A DNA stretch of 64,000 nucleotides from contig JAZLJP010000145.1 of NCBI GenBank assembly GCA_045617985.1, positions 1,075 to 65,074 on the forward strand. The letters are read 5' to 3'. Source of the stretch: Kiritimatiellia bacterium (GTDB lineage Bacteria > Verrucomicrobiota > Kiritimatiellia > RFP12 > UBA1067). How positions within the stretch are numbered: position 1 is the stretch's first letter; each line of letters begins with the position of its first letter. Made by a program: the position numbers and the translations under genes. The notes under the pieces are model-generated. The model was not told where the DNA came from and did no database searches. It saw nothing but the letters and a program-made list of their open reading frames with translations. Shown here piece by piece: positions 38,301 through 46,900 of this stretch.

Positions 38301-39655
38301 ATGCGGCGGCGCAGGGCATGGCCGTGTGGGGCATTCCTTCGAAGGCGGGCACGTATGAAGTCGTCTACCAGGTGAAGGTGGGTTCGGCGGCGGGCCTTGC
38401 GCAGCGCATTTCGTTCACGGTTGCCGATGCGACGGTGGCGACGGAAGGCGAGCCGGCGCTGAATCCTGCCGTGGCGGCGGTGAAGAGCCGCACGTTCACG
38501 GATCTCATGGTGATCGATCCCGAGAACAAGGCGCTCCTGGGCGTCATGAAGGTCACGATCCCGGCGACGGGCAAGATGAGCGCGAAGTACACCTGCGCGA
38601 CGGGCAGCGTTTCCTTCACGTCGAAGAGCTGGACCGCGTTCGACCCGGAAACGGGCGCTCTTGCGGCGCGTGCAACGGGCAAGTACGGCTACGCGATCGA
38701 AGTGCAGGCGAATGGCGATGAGAGCGTGGAGGGCAACCTCTACCAGAACGGCGAGCTGATTGCCGCCTTCTCGTCGAACGGCACGGTGTGGAGCAAGACG
38801 AAGCCCGCGACGGCGTTCCAGGGTTACTACACGGTGATCCTTCCCACGGCTGAGGTTGAAGAGGCGACGGCAGGCGTGGCTCCGCGCGGCACGGGCTACC
38901 TCACGTTGAAGATGGATTCGGCTACGACGGCCCAGAAGGGCACCGTCACCTGGGCGGGCATGCTCCCGAACGGGACGGCGGTTTCGGGGAAGAGCGTTCT
39001 CACCGACGGCGGCGAATGGGGCTTCATGCCGTTCTTCAAGGCATCGAAGACGGATGTCTTCGCCGGTGCCTTGAAGATCCTGGCGAATGCCTGCCCGCCC
39101 GCCACGGCGACGGCCGATCAGGTGGCGCAGGCGCAGCACAAGTGCGTCTTCATGATGGACGAAGTGGTGCCCCTGTGGCAGCACATCGAGAAGACGGCGC
39201 CGCTTGCCGACTACGCGGTGCGCTTCAACCTCTATGGCGCCTTCTACCACAAGCAGGATAGCCTCCTCACGTGCTGTAAAAACGCATACGACGTCTCCAC
39301 GCTCGACTTCCTCGTGGACGGCGCCTCCGTGAACAAGGTGAACGTGAAGATGGCGTCGATGGCGCTCGTCAATACGACCACCGCCACGAATCCGCAGAGG
39401 GTCTCGATGACGCTCAAGGATACGACGGGCGTGATTACGGGATCGGTGCGCAATGCCGACGGCACGACCTGCAAGTACGCGGGCGTGGTGCTCCTCGGCT
39501 GGGGCGGCATCGACTGCGGCTGCTTCGATACGCCGGAAGAGTTCCAGCCGTTCGCGGCGGGTTCGTATTACTACACGAAGCGCGAGACGGTGGGCGGGAA
39601 GTCGCTTTCGCTCAAGCGCGGTGGTAATGTGGCCATCGACAACGCGGCCAAGTAA
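35309..39655 (+). CDS. 1448-aa exoprotein: two thioredoxin-fold (Thioredoxin_7-like) CxxC domains, Calx-beta modules, an Ig-like (He_PIG-type) module and the shared C-terminal module
   Basis: Signal peptide ...ALAAFAVPQVAGA. Trx-like blocks GIPMIAIWSFQGCAHCHTLE and AVMVGFVDGTLWCPWCKKGETWL...VIFVQVDCP. Calx-beta block GTVKITLKRVGGASGEAALAVTLDE...TVTWADGDAADKTVEVKL. Ig-like block LPAGLKVTYDAAAQGMAVWGIPSKAGTYEV. Confidence 0.85.
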   Translation: MKFRQLMKVSKGLVLGVVALAAFAVPQVAGAVEYSDKDLGSFITEVRAPLGSPVVVGEWNGDLDACRAKAEKEGIPMIAIWSFQGCAHCHTLERALKSDRFKEWAKTCGFILCFTCSYDPKGARSTGAYYSWCGRKGLSGSLSDYPYVRFYWYTNNGKTAKVDYAVVGDTLDKQQGIAYWTNPDGTREKNFNKAGQNCIDYIMNSSGFGAYVPKPAFNGGVFTVTNTVATACLQAEPATTFVNVEMTRETTDAATQKVVVTPSGKTAKTISVSWAKNETNKVVKLENFNTAFYTANTNVKLEAKDDENGTISTTIVACVPAQPNAPSNPYWIGEKTAGELAWGDWTMDLDAAKAKVATDPEAVMVGFVDGTLWCPWCKKGETWLTSEAFKAWAAEKKVIFVQVDCPRQNAEQNGPAEGPTLLRHTVATVSGAATSGSGYLSRKMIDPAAAEAVFARNIELVTATWRRPESAAWRTGMGTFILFDHDGTAKGRLVWNREAEGAEANMLRLAELETLLADANEEANQAWQTTSAEVPMSGTVTGNAISLCDLVDVFKLPASANGCFEEFTYTSEKAADVILEIVSVNGTAETVVATASGSKTVAVGGTITSETSYLRVRGNAETTFKGDHATSNPNDTLTAYTLVSAVVLVPQEKMGTYELPAGATAVTVQITQGELYRLDGVEGVAGKIVEDETLGKPYFRALVSENVQLPVAAGSIAVNFQNWKPGTVGFAVARATAKENAGTVKITLKRVGGASGEAALAVTLDETATAFLDSDGEKRYEDFAATTVTWADGDAADKTVEVKLLYAGARFDGNGTIVLKAAKSGECVAALGTDSFVLDVTEVDQAAPGVIGFVEAGAALVKEGQALTFNVSRTVASDGAVSATVKTTKGTLSSGTASWANHKFDTLPITLSGLRKGETATVTLTAPQGGATLGANKKLTVTAVDAAGAEFANPNQAETLVRYVAFSNVYALAEAPAKKPTFAKISGTLPAGLKVTYDAAAQGMAVWGIPSKAGTYEVVYQVKVGSAAGLAQRISFTVADATVATEGEPALNPAVAAVKSRTFTDLMVIDPENKALLGVMKVTIPATGKMSAKYTCATGSVSFTSKSWTAFDPETGALAARATGKYGYAIEVQANGDESVEGNLYQNGELIAAFSSNGTVWSKTKPATAFQGYYTVILPTAEVEEATAGVAPRGTGYLTLKMDSATTAQKGTVTWAGMLPNGTAVSGKSVLTDGGEWGFMPFFKASKTDVFAGALKILANACPPATATADQVAQAQHKCVFMMDEVVPLWQHIEKTAPLADYAVRFNLYGAFYHKQDSLLTCCKNAYDVSTLDFLVDGASVNKVNVKMASMALVNTTTATNPQRVSMTLKDTTGVITGSVRNADGTTCKYAGVVLLGWGGIDCGCFDTPEEFQPFAAGSYYYTKRETVGGKSLSLKRGGNVAIDNAAK

Positions 39656-39674
39656 GGAAACGAGAAAGATGATG

Positions 39675-39710
39675 AAACCGTGCAACCCGTTGAACGGGCT
39701 GCACGGTTTT
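39675..39710 (+). terminator. Rho-independent terminator or attenuator after the 1448-aa gene
   Basis: aaaccgtgcaacccg / ttgaa / cgggctgcacggttt (15-bp stem with one mismatch), running into tttt. Confidence 0.6.
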
Positions 39711-39718
39711 CACATTTC

Positions 39719-39751
39719 TTGTCACCCGCGCGCCGTGTGCGCATATATTCA
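39719..39751 (+). promoter_or_regulatory. Promoter candidate TTGTCA-N16-GCATATATTCA upstream of the first ~1375-aa paralogue
   Basis: ttgtca at 39719-39724 and gcatatattca at 39741-39751. The same TGTCA-N16-GCATAT spacing recurs at 52881, 54173 and 54832. Confidence 0.5.
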
Positions 39752-39784
39752 ATGTAAGACTTTTGTTGTTTTTGAGAAGAGGAG

Positions 39785-42700
39785 ATGATGATGATGAGAG
39801 GGATAATCGCCGTGCTGGTGGCACTTGGGCTCATGCGGGGCGTCTGGGCGGCTTCTGCGAACTGCGAGGAGCACGCCGCCGAGGTTTCGTTCAAGAGTGC
39901 GGAACGCACAGTGACGCTTGTTCCTGAATATGACGTGGATTCCGGAACGAGCGACGCGGGGCGGGGCGTCTATTACTTCAAGGCGAAGCTTGAGCGCGGC
40001 ATGGGTTACACCGTGTGGACGACGGGGCTTTCAACGAACGACGACGTATCCGTGATCGCATACGCGAGGGATTCCGACGATGACGACGAGGACGGCCCTT
40101 CCGCCGACTTCGAGGAAATCGAGGAACCCGAGGGCAATACGCGCCTCGTGCTCTATTCGACCGATTGGTATTACGACGCGGAGGATAAGAGCGAGAGCGA
40201 TCCGAAGAGCTGGACCTACATCATCCAGCTCGAAGGCGAGGTTGGCCAGGAGGTGAACATCCACTTCCAGCAGGGCGTGATCATCCCGGCCGGGCGCGAG
40301 GAGAATCCTGTAGCGATTACGCCGTCCGCGACGGGGGTGAAGAAGCACGCCGCCACGCTTCAGCTCGATTCCACGTTCTACTACCGCGTGAATTTCAAGG
40401 AAGGCTACCTCTACTGGTTCGCGACCGGCGGCGGCACCACGAACAGCCTTTTGAGCGTGGATATCGATACGCCGGAAACGGCAGTGGAAAGTGACAATGC
40501 GGAAGAGGAAACGCAGAGCGATTTTGAAATCTATCCCGATGCGAACTACGACGCCGACCCGAGCAATACGGGCATCTGGGTGGTGCCGAACGTTTCGGGC
40601 TACTACAACGTGATCGTTTCGGCGGACGGCGACGATGCCGACGGCGCGGCCTTCTCGCTCTCCTATCGCACCTACAACCAGAAGAAGCCGGCGGACCACG
40701 CCTCGAAGGAACTCAACGCCGCGAACAACTTCACGAGCGACTACGTGGCCGGCCACATGAATTCGGCGGCGAGCTTCGCGGCGGGGTATTACGACAAGGT
40801 GGTGGACGACGCCCTTTTCCGCTTCACGGCTGAAAAGGGGAAGCGCTATCTCGTGGAAACGCTGAACGCGCAAACGAACATGTTCCTCGCCATCTACGAC
40901 CAGAAGGGGACGATCCTCAACTGGAACGTGGGCGACGGGCAAACGCTCAACTCGCGTGCGGCCTTTGCGGCCGATGCGAACGCCGTCTACTACATCGGCG
41001 TGTGCCAGAACATTTCGGACGACTTCACGGAAGAACCCGCCTACACGACCGCGACGGTGCGCGTCACCGATGCGAGCACGCAGGAGGGCGTGCCGGATGC
41101 GTTCGATCCGCTCGACGATACGCCCGCCGGGGCGACGGGGCTTGTGCCCGTGCCGGGCCACGCGGGCGACAGGCCCGAAGAGGTCGATACGGCGGGGAGC
41201 GCCTATCACGAACTCGGAAAGACCGACTGGGACGACGTCTTCATGATCGGCGGCCGCAAGGGCCTCACCTATTCGCTGCGCGTCTCCTACGCCGATCCCG
41301 CGAACGCCTTCAACTATCTGCGGGCGGACGTCTTTACGATGAGCGGCACGAGGGAGAAGGCCTACCCGATCGATGGCGGCGATATCAATGCGGTCTCGCC
41401 GGTGCCGTTCACGTTCACGGCCACGGCAAACGGCACCTACTACGTGAGGATTCACGTGCAGGGCGGCCGGGGCCTTGATTCGCCGAAGTACAAGGTGCAC
41501 GCCATCGCCCATGCGGCGACCGGCGAGGCGCTGGGCATCCTCAAGGTGAATACCTACGGCACGGCGAGCGGCGGCTTCTCGCTCGACAAGGAAACCGTGA
41601 AGTATCCAGGCGGCGTTTCGGTGCTCGTGAGCGGCACGCACACGGTGAAGTATGCGGCCGTGAAGGGCTTTTCCGCGCCTGCCGCGGAAACGGTGGTCGT
41701 ACCCTCGGGCAAGACGCCGAAGGTGCTTGAGCGCTACTACTCCGATACCTTCGATCCGAAGGACGACACGGCGAAGGGCGCGACGGCGCTCGCATTCAAG
41801 AATGTGGAAGCCACGTTCGAGCGGACGTTCTGGAAGGTCGATAAGGAGGATAACTTCGTCATCGCCGGAAAGGACGGCCAGTACTTCGATTTCGCGCTGC
41901 GCAACGTGACGGGCGACGCGGTTCTTTCGGTGACGAATGCCGAGTTCGGCACGCTCGTGAAGAACGTGCCCGGCGTTCAGCACCTGCTTCTGCCCACGTC
42001 GAAGGCGAAATACTACGTTACGGTGACGCACGGCGGCGCGACGCCGGTGGACGGCTCCTATCTGCTCGCCGGGCTCGTTGCGAACGTGGGAACGCTCAAG
42101 CTCGCGAAGAGCGCGCTCAACGTGAAGGAAGATGCGCCGAGCGTGGTCGTCACGGTGAACCGCACGGCGAAAGACGGCGCCGTGCGCGTGAAGTACGGCA
42201 CGGTGGCGGGTACGGCGAAGCCGGGCGAAGACTACGTGCCGCAGACGGGCATCCTCGAATGGGCGAATGGCGATAACAAGGCGAAGACGATTACGGTGAA
42301 ACTCATTCCCGATCTCGTACCCGTCTATGAAGGCGATAAGACATTCGCCGTGGAGCTGAAGGAGCTCACGGAAGGCGAGCGTACGGCCGGGGAATATCCC
42401 GGGCAGGTGGTGGGCGGCACGACCTGCACGATCACCCTCAAGGAAACGGCGAAGCCGGGCGTGACGGCGGCCGATGCGTATGCGAAGGTGCAGCCGAAGC
42501 TTGCGACCACGAAGACGGAGGTGGCGCCGCTCGTTTCGGGATCGTTCTTCGGCGTCTTGGCCGAAACGGATGCGGCGCTCACGAACGGACTTCCCGCGCT
42601 TGCGTCGGTGACGCTCACCGTGGGCGCGGTCGAGCCCGCGAAGCTTTCTGCGAAGGTGGCGCTTGCGGGGAAAACCTACACGTTCACCGGCACGGGCTGG

Positions 42701-43918
42701 GATGCGGCGGCGAGCGATGCGACATGGGCCGTGCAAACGCTTACGCAGGTTCAGAAGGTGAACAACGTCGCCTACACGAACACGCTCACCTTGCGCCTCG
42801 CGCAGGGCGCGACGGATGCCGAGGCCGACTGGGCGCAGGCGCTTGTCACGGCGGAGCTCGTGATGAACGTGCCGGATGCGAAGGGGAAGGGCGTACAGGC
42901 GAACATCCGCTACGCGGGCACGCTCGGGCGCAACAACGCGAAGATCCAGAATTACCTGACGGCCGTCACCAACTTCGCGGGCTACTACACGGTGGCGCTG
43001 GCCTCGCCCGCGGCGGTGGGCGACGGCGTGCCGGCGGGCCACGGGTATCTCACGCTCACGCTCGATAACAAGGGAACGGCGAAGGTGGCGGGCATGCTCG
43101 CGGATGGTTCGACGAAGGTTTCGCTTTCGGTGGCGGCTTGCCCGCTCGTGAAGGACGCATCCTCCGCGAACGGCTATGCCCTTTACGTGCCGCTCTTCAT
43201 GGCGAAGTCGCCGTACTGTTTCGGCGGCACGCTCCGCCTCTTCGCGCGCGCGCTCGATGGCGCCGTGGTGGTGGATTCGAGCGCCCTCCTCCAGTGGAAC
43301 AACGACAACGCCGCGCTCACCTACGCGAACGACGCCGGCTATCGCCTGACGCTTGCTCCGTGCGGCGGCTGGTACGATAAGGTGGTGAACCTGCAGCGCT
43401 ACTACTTGACGCGCGCCTTTGAAGTGGGAGCGCCCGCAGTGGAGGATTTCCCGCCGGAGATGTTCGCGGTGGGCTTCACGCCTGTTTCGGGCATCGGCCC
43501 GAAGGGCGACGCGCTCGATTTGAGCGGCAACGCGCTCACGGCGCCGAAACAGGTCCTTGCGAAAAACGGGAAACTCGTCGACTACGCCGCGAGCGTGAAC
43601 CCCGCCGGCGTGCAGCTCAAGTTCGCGCGTGCGACGGGCCTTGTGACCGGTACGTTCGGCCTCTGGACCGAGAATGGCGACGCCTCCGTGCAGAAGCAGG
43701 TGAAGGGCCTCAAGTTCTTCGGCGCCGCGCTTCTCGTGCGCGATGCCGCCTCGCCCCTCGGCGAGGAGGTGGTGGCGCCCGGCTTCTTCACCCAGGCGGT
43801 GACGCTCACGGAGGGGGCGAAGTCGCGCAAATGGACCTTCTCGGCGCCGTTCAACGTGCTCGGCGTCGATTTGGGCGATGTCAACTGGTGGGCGGATGAC
43901 TGGGGCGTACAGCCCTAA
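39785..43918 (+). CDS. 1377-aa exoprotein: five or six PPC-like beta-sandwich modules, Calx-beta and the shared C-terminal module (paralogue A)
   Basis: Signal peptide MMMMRGIIAVLVALGLMRGVWA. Repeated D..DD...GAT linkers precede PPC-like modules. Calx-beta block VNRTAKDGAVRVKYGTVAGTAKPGEDYVPQTGILEWANGDNKAKTITVKL. Confidence 0.85.
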   Translation: MMMMRGIIAVLVALGLMRGVWAASANCEEHAAEVSFKSAERTVTLVPEYDVDSGTSDAGRGVYYFKAKLERGMGYTVWTTGLSTNDDVSVIAYARDSDDDDEDGPSADFEEIEEPEGNTRLVLYSTDWYYDAEDKSESDPKSWTYIIQLEGEVGQEVNIHFQQGVIIPAGREENPVAITPSATGVKKHAATLQLDSTFYYRVNFKEGYLYWFATGGGTTNSLLSVDIDTPETAVESDNAEEETQSDFEIYPDANYDADPSNTGIWVVPNVSGYYNVIVSADGDDADGAAFSLSYRTYNQKKPADHASKELNAANNFTSDYVAGHMNSAASFAAGYYDKVVDDALFRFTAEKGKRYLVETLNAQTNMFLAIYDQKGTILNWNVGDGQTLNSRAAFAADANAVYYIGVCQNISDDFTEEPAYTTATVRVTDASTQEGVPDAFDPLDDTPAGATGLVPVPGHAGDRPEEVDTAGSAYHELGKTDWDDVFMIGGRKGLTYSLRVSYADPANAFNYLRADVFTMSGTREKAYPIDGGDINAVSPVPFTFTATANGTYYVRIHVQGGRGLDSPKYKVHAIAHAATGEALGILKVNTYGTASGGFSLDKETVKYPGGVSVLVSGTHTVKYAAVKGFSAPAAETVVVPSGKTPKVLERYYSDTFDPKDDTAKGATALAFKNVEATFERTFWKVDKEDNFVIAGKDGQYFDFALRNVTGDAVLSVTNAEFGTLVKNVPGVQHLLLPTSKAKYYVTVTHGGATPVDGSYLLAGLVANVGTLKLAKSALNVKEDAPSVVVTVNRTAKDGAVRVKYGTVAGTAKPGEDYVPQTGILEWANGDNKAKTITVKLIPDLVPVYEGDKTFAVELKELTEGERTAGEYPGQVVGGTTCTITLKETAKPGVTAADAYAKVQPKLATTKTEVAPLVSGSFFGVLAETDAALTNGLPALASVTLTVGAVEPAKLSAKVALAGKTYTFTGTGWDAAASDATWAVQTLTQVQKVNNVAYTNTLTLRLAQGATDAEADWAQALVTAELVMNVPDAKGKGVQANIRYAGTLGRNNAKIQNYLTAVTNFAGYYTVALASPAAVGDGVPAGHGYLTLTLDNKGTAKVAGMLADGSTKVSLSVAACPLVKDASSANGYALYVPLFMAKSPYCFGGTLRLFARALDGAVVVDSSALLQWNNDNAALTYANDAGYRLTLAPCGGWYDKVVNLQRYYLTRAFEVGAPAVEDFPPEMFAVGFTPVSGIGPKGDALDLSGNALTAPKQVLAKNGKLVDYAASVNPAGVQLKFARATGLVTGTFGLWTENGDASVQKQVKGLKFFGAALLVRDAASPLGEEVVAPGFFTQAVTLTEGAKSRKWTFSAPFNVLGVDLGDVNWWADDWGVQP

Positions 43919-43933
43919 AGGAGAGATGGACCG

Positions 43934-46900
43934 ATGAAGAAGATCGTCAGTTTGGCCGTGGGGATTCTCGTTTGGGGGTTTGCCGCCTCGGCGGCGCCGG
44001 CCAACTGCGAGGAACATGCCGATACGGTGAAGATGTCCGCCTCGGGGGCGGTTCGCACGGTGACGCTCGTCCCTGCGTACGACCCTGACGATGAATCCTA
44101 CGACGCGAATCAGGGCGTCTACTTCTTCAAGGCGAAACTCGAACGCGGGAAGGCCTACACCGTGTGGACCGAAGGCGTGGGCACGAACGACAACCTCACG
44201 GTAATGGCCTATGCGGCCGATCCGAGCGACGAGAGCGATGCCGACGGCCCCTCGGCCGACTTCGAAGAAGTGGAAGAGCCCGGCCTCGACCAGCGCCTTA
44301 TCCTCTATGCCGACGATTGGTACATCGATGATGAAAACCCCGAGGAAAGCGATCCGAAGGAATGGACCTACTATTTCGAGGTGAACGGCGAAGTGGGCGA
44401 TCGGCTCACGGTGAATTTCGTTCTCGGCGTGAACATTCCCCAGGGCCGCGAGGATAATCCGCTCGTCCTCACGCCCACGACGACCGGCTCGACGGTGAAG
44501 CGCTCGCTCCAGACGAACAACGAATACTACATGCGTGCGCGCCTGCAGGCGGGGCGGATGTATTGGTTCGCCACGGCGGGCGGCACGACGAACAACGTCT
44601 TGGAAATTTCCGTGGACGGCGAGGACCCGGCGGATGAAACGAAGGACCCCCCCACCTGTTCCGTCATCGACGATCCCGCCTATGAAGAGGACGGCGCGAA
44701 CGCCGGGATCTATGTGGTGCCGGATGAGACGGGCTACTTTACGATCGTCGTGAACGGCGACGATCCGAATACGGATGAAGACGCCGCCTCCGGCGCGCCG
44801 TTCTCGTTCTCCTCGCGACTCTTTGCCGCGGAAACGGTGGCGAACCACACGGCGCAGGATTTGGAAGTCGATGCGCCCCCTGCGGCGTTCACGGCCGGGT
44901 GGGAGAATACGCCAGAGCATTTCGCGAACGGGATCTACGACAACGTCATCGACGAAGCGCTCTTTCGTTTCCCCGTCGCGAAGGGCGAGCGCTATACCGT
45001 GGAGACGACCGGGGCCGCGACGAATCTTCTCCTTCGGCTCTACGACGCCAAGGGGAACGTGCTTGTGGAGAATGCGGGCGATGGCACGAGCCTCAATGTG
45101 CGCGCGGGCGTGACGGCGGCGGCGGATGGCTTCTACTTTGTTGGCGTGTGCCAAAACCTGGAAGATTTGATCAACGACGAACCGGCCCATACGGCGGCGC
45201 GCGTGCAGGTGCGGCGCGTGGTGGCGATGAAGGGTACGCCCGACGCATGGGATGCGGCGGATGATACGCCTTCTGGCGCAACGCCGCTTGCGCCCGTTCC
45301 TTCGGCGGAGGGGATTCCGCCGCGCGAGAGTGACACGGCGGGTCACGGATGGCACCAGTTGGGGCGTACGGACTGGGCGGACGTCTTTCAGATCGCCGGC
45401 CGGAAGGGGCTTGTCTATACGCTTGGCGTGTCGATGGAAAATCCCGAAGCCGCCTTCAATTCACTCCAAGCCGAAGTCTTTACCCTGAGCGGCACCTCCG
45501 AGCGCGCCGTTACGGTGGTGGGCGATGTGAATGCGGGTGCGGCCATGCCGCTCTCCTTCGCGGCGACGGCGAACGCCACCTACTATGTGCGCCTCAAGGT
45601 GGCGGAGGGCGAGGGGCTCGACTTCCCGCCCTACAAGCTCCACGCATCGGCTTCTTCGCCGGAGGGGGCCGCGCTCGGGATTCTCACGGTGAACACCCAT
45701 GGTACGACCGCAGGCACGTTCTCGCTTGGAAGCGAAACGGTGAAATATCCGGGCGGAAGTTCGGTTCTCGCAAGCGGTACGACCACGGTGAAGTTCGGCG
45801 CCGTCGCGGGTTTTTCAACGCCTGCGCCGCAAACCGTGACGGTGGCGGCCGGCGCCACGCCCACGGTTGTGGATGTCTACTATTCCGATACCTTCGACCC
45901 GAAGGACGATGCGCCCGCTACGGCCACGGCCTGGACGCTCAAGAATGTGGAAACGACGTTTGCGCGTACGCTCTGGCCGACCGACGAGGCGGACAACTTT
46001 TCGTTTGCGGGCACCGACGGCTACTACTACGATCTCGCCCTTCGGGACGTGACGGGCGATGCCGTCTTCTCGATTACGAACGCCGAGCTTGGCGTGATGG
46101 CGGAAAACGTGACGAGCGTCCGCGAGCTCGTTCTCCCGAAGACGAAGGCGAAATACATCCTCACGGTGAAGCATGCGACGGCCGAAAAGACGGGCGGCGC
46201 CTATACGCTTGCGGGTTTCTTCGCAAACGTGGGCGCGATCAAGTTCGCGAAAGCCGCAGTGAGCGCGAAGGAGAACGCCGTTTCGGTGGCGCTTGCGGTG
46301 AACCGCACGGCGAAGGACGGCGTGGTGCGCGTGAAGTTTGCGACGGTGGACGGCACGGCGCGTGCGGGCGTTGACTACGTGGGGCAGAGCGGCATCCTCG
46401 AATGGCCGAACGGCGATAACAAGGCGAAGACGATCACGGTGAAGATTCTTCCCGACCTCGTGGCCGAATATGACGGCAACAAGACCTTCACGGTGAAGCT
46501 CGAGCCGCTTCCGGCGGCGGAGCGCGGCGCGAACGAATACGAAGCGGCGTTCCTCGGCGGCGACACCTGCACGGTCACGCTTACGGAAGTCTCGCGCGCC
46601 GGGACGACGGTTGCGACCACCTATGCCGCGAAGGCGCCGAAGCTCGCGACGGTGACAACGGAAAAGGTGCCGCTCTCATCGGGCACGTTCTACGGCGTCA
46701 TCCGGGCGGCCGAGGGTGCGCTCACGAACGGGCTCCCCGCGCTCGCGTCCGTCACGTTCACGGCCTCCACGGCGAAGCCGGCCGCGCTTTCCGCGAAGGT
46801 GGCGCTCGCCGGGAAAACCTATTCGTTCAGCGCGAAGGGCTGGGATGAAGAGAACGGCGCCACCTGTACGAAAACATTCTCGCTCGTTCAGAAGGTGAAC

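Noticed and set aside
36242-45355. Two giant minus-strand ORFs (36242..39685, 1147 aa; 40031..45355, 1774 aa) antisense to the exoprotein genes
   Set aside because: Their composition is Arg/His/Gly-dominated. The second spans the intergenic gap between two well-supported + strand paralogues. They have no signal peptides or motifs, so they are shadow ORFs.
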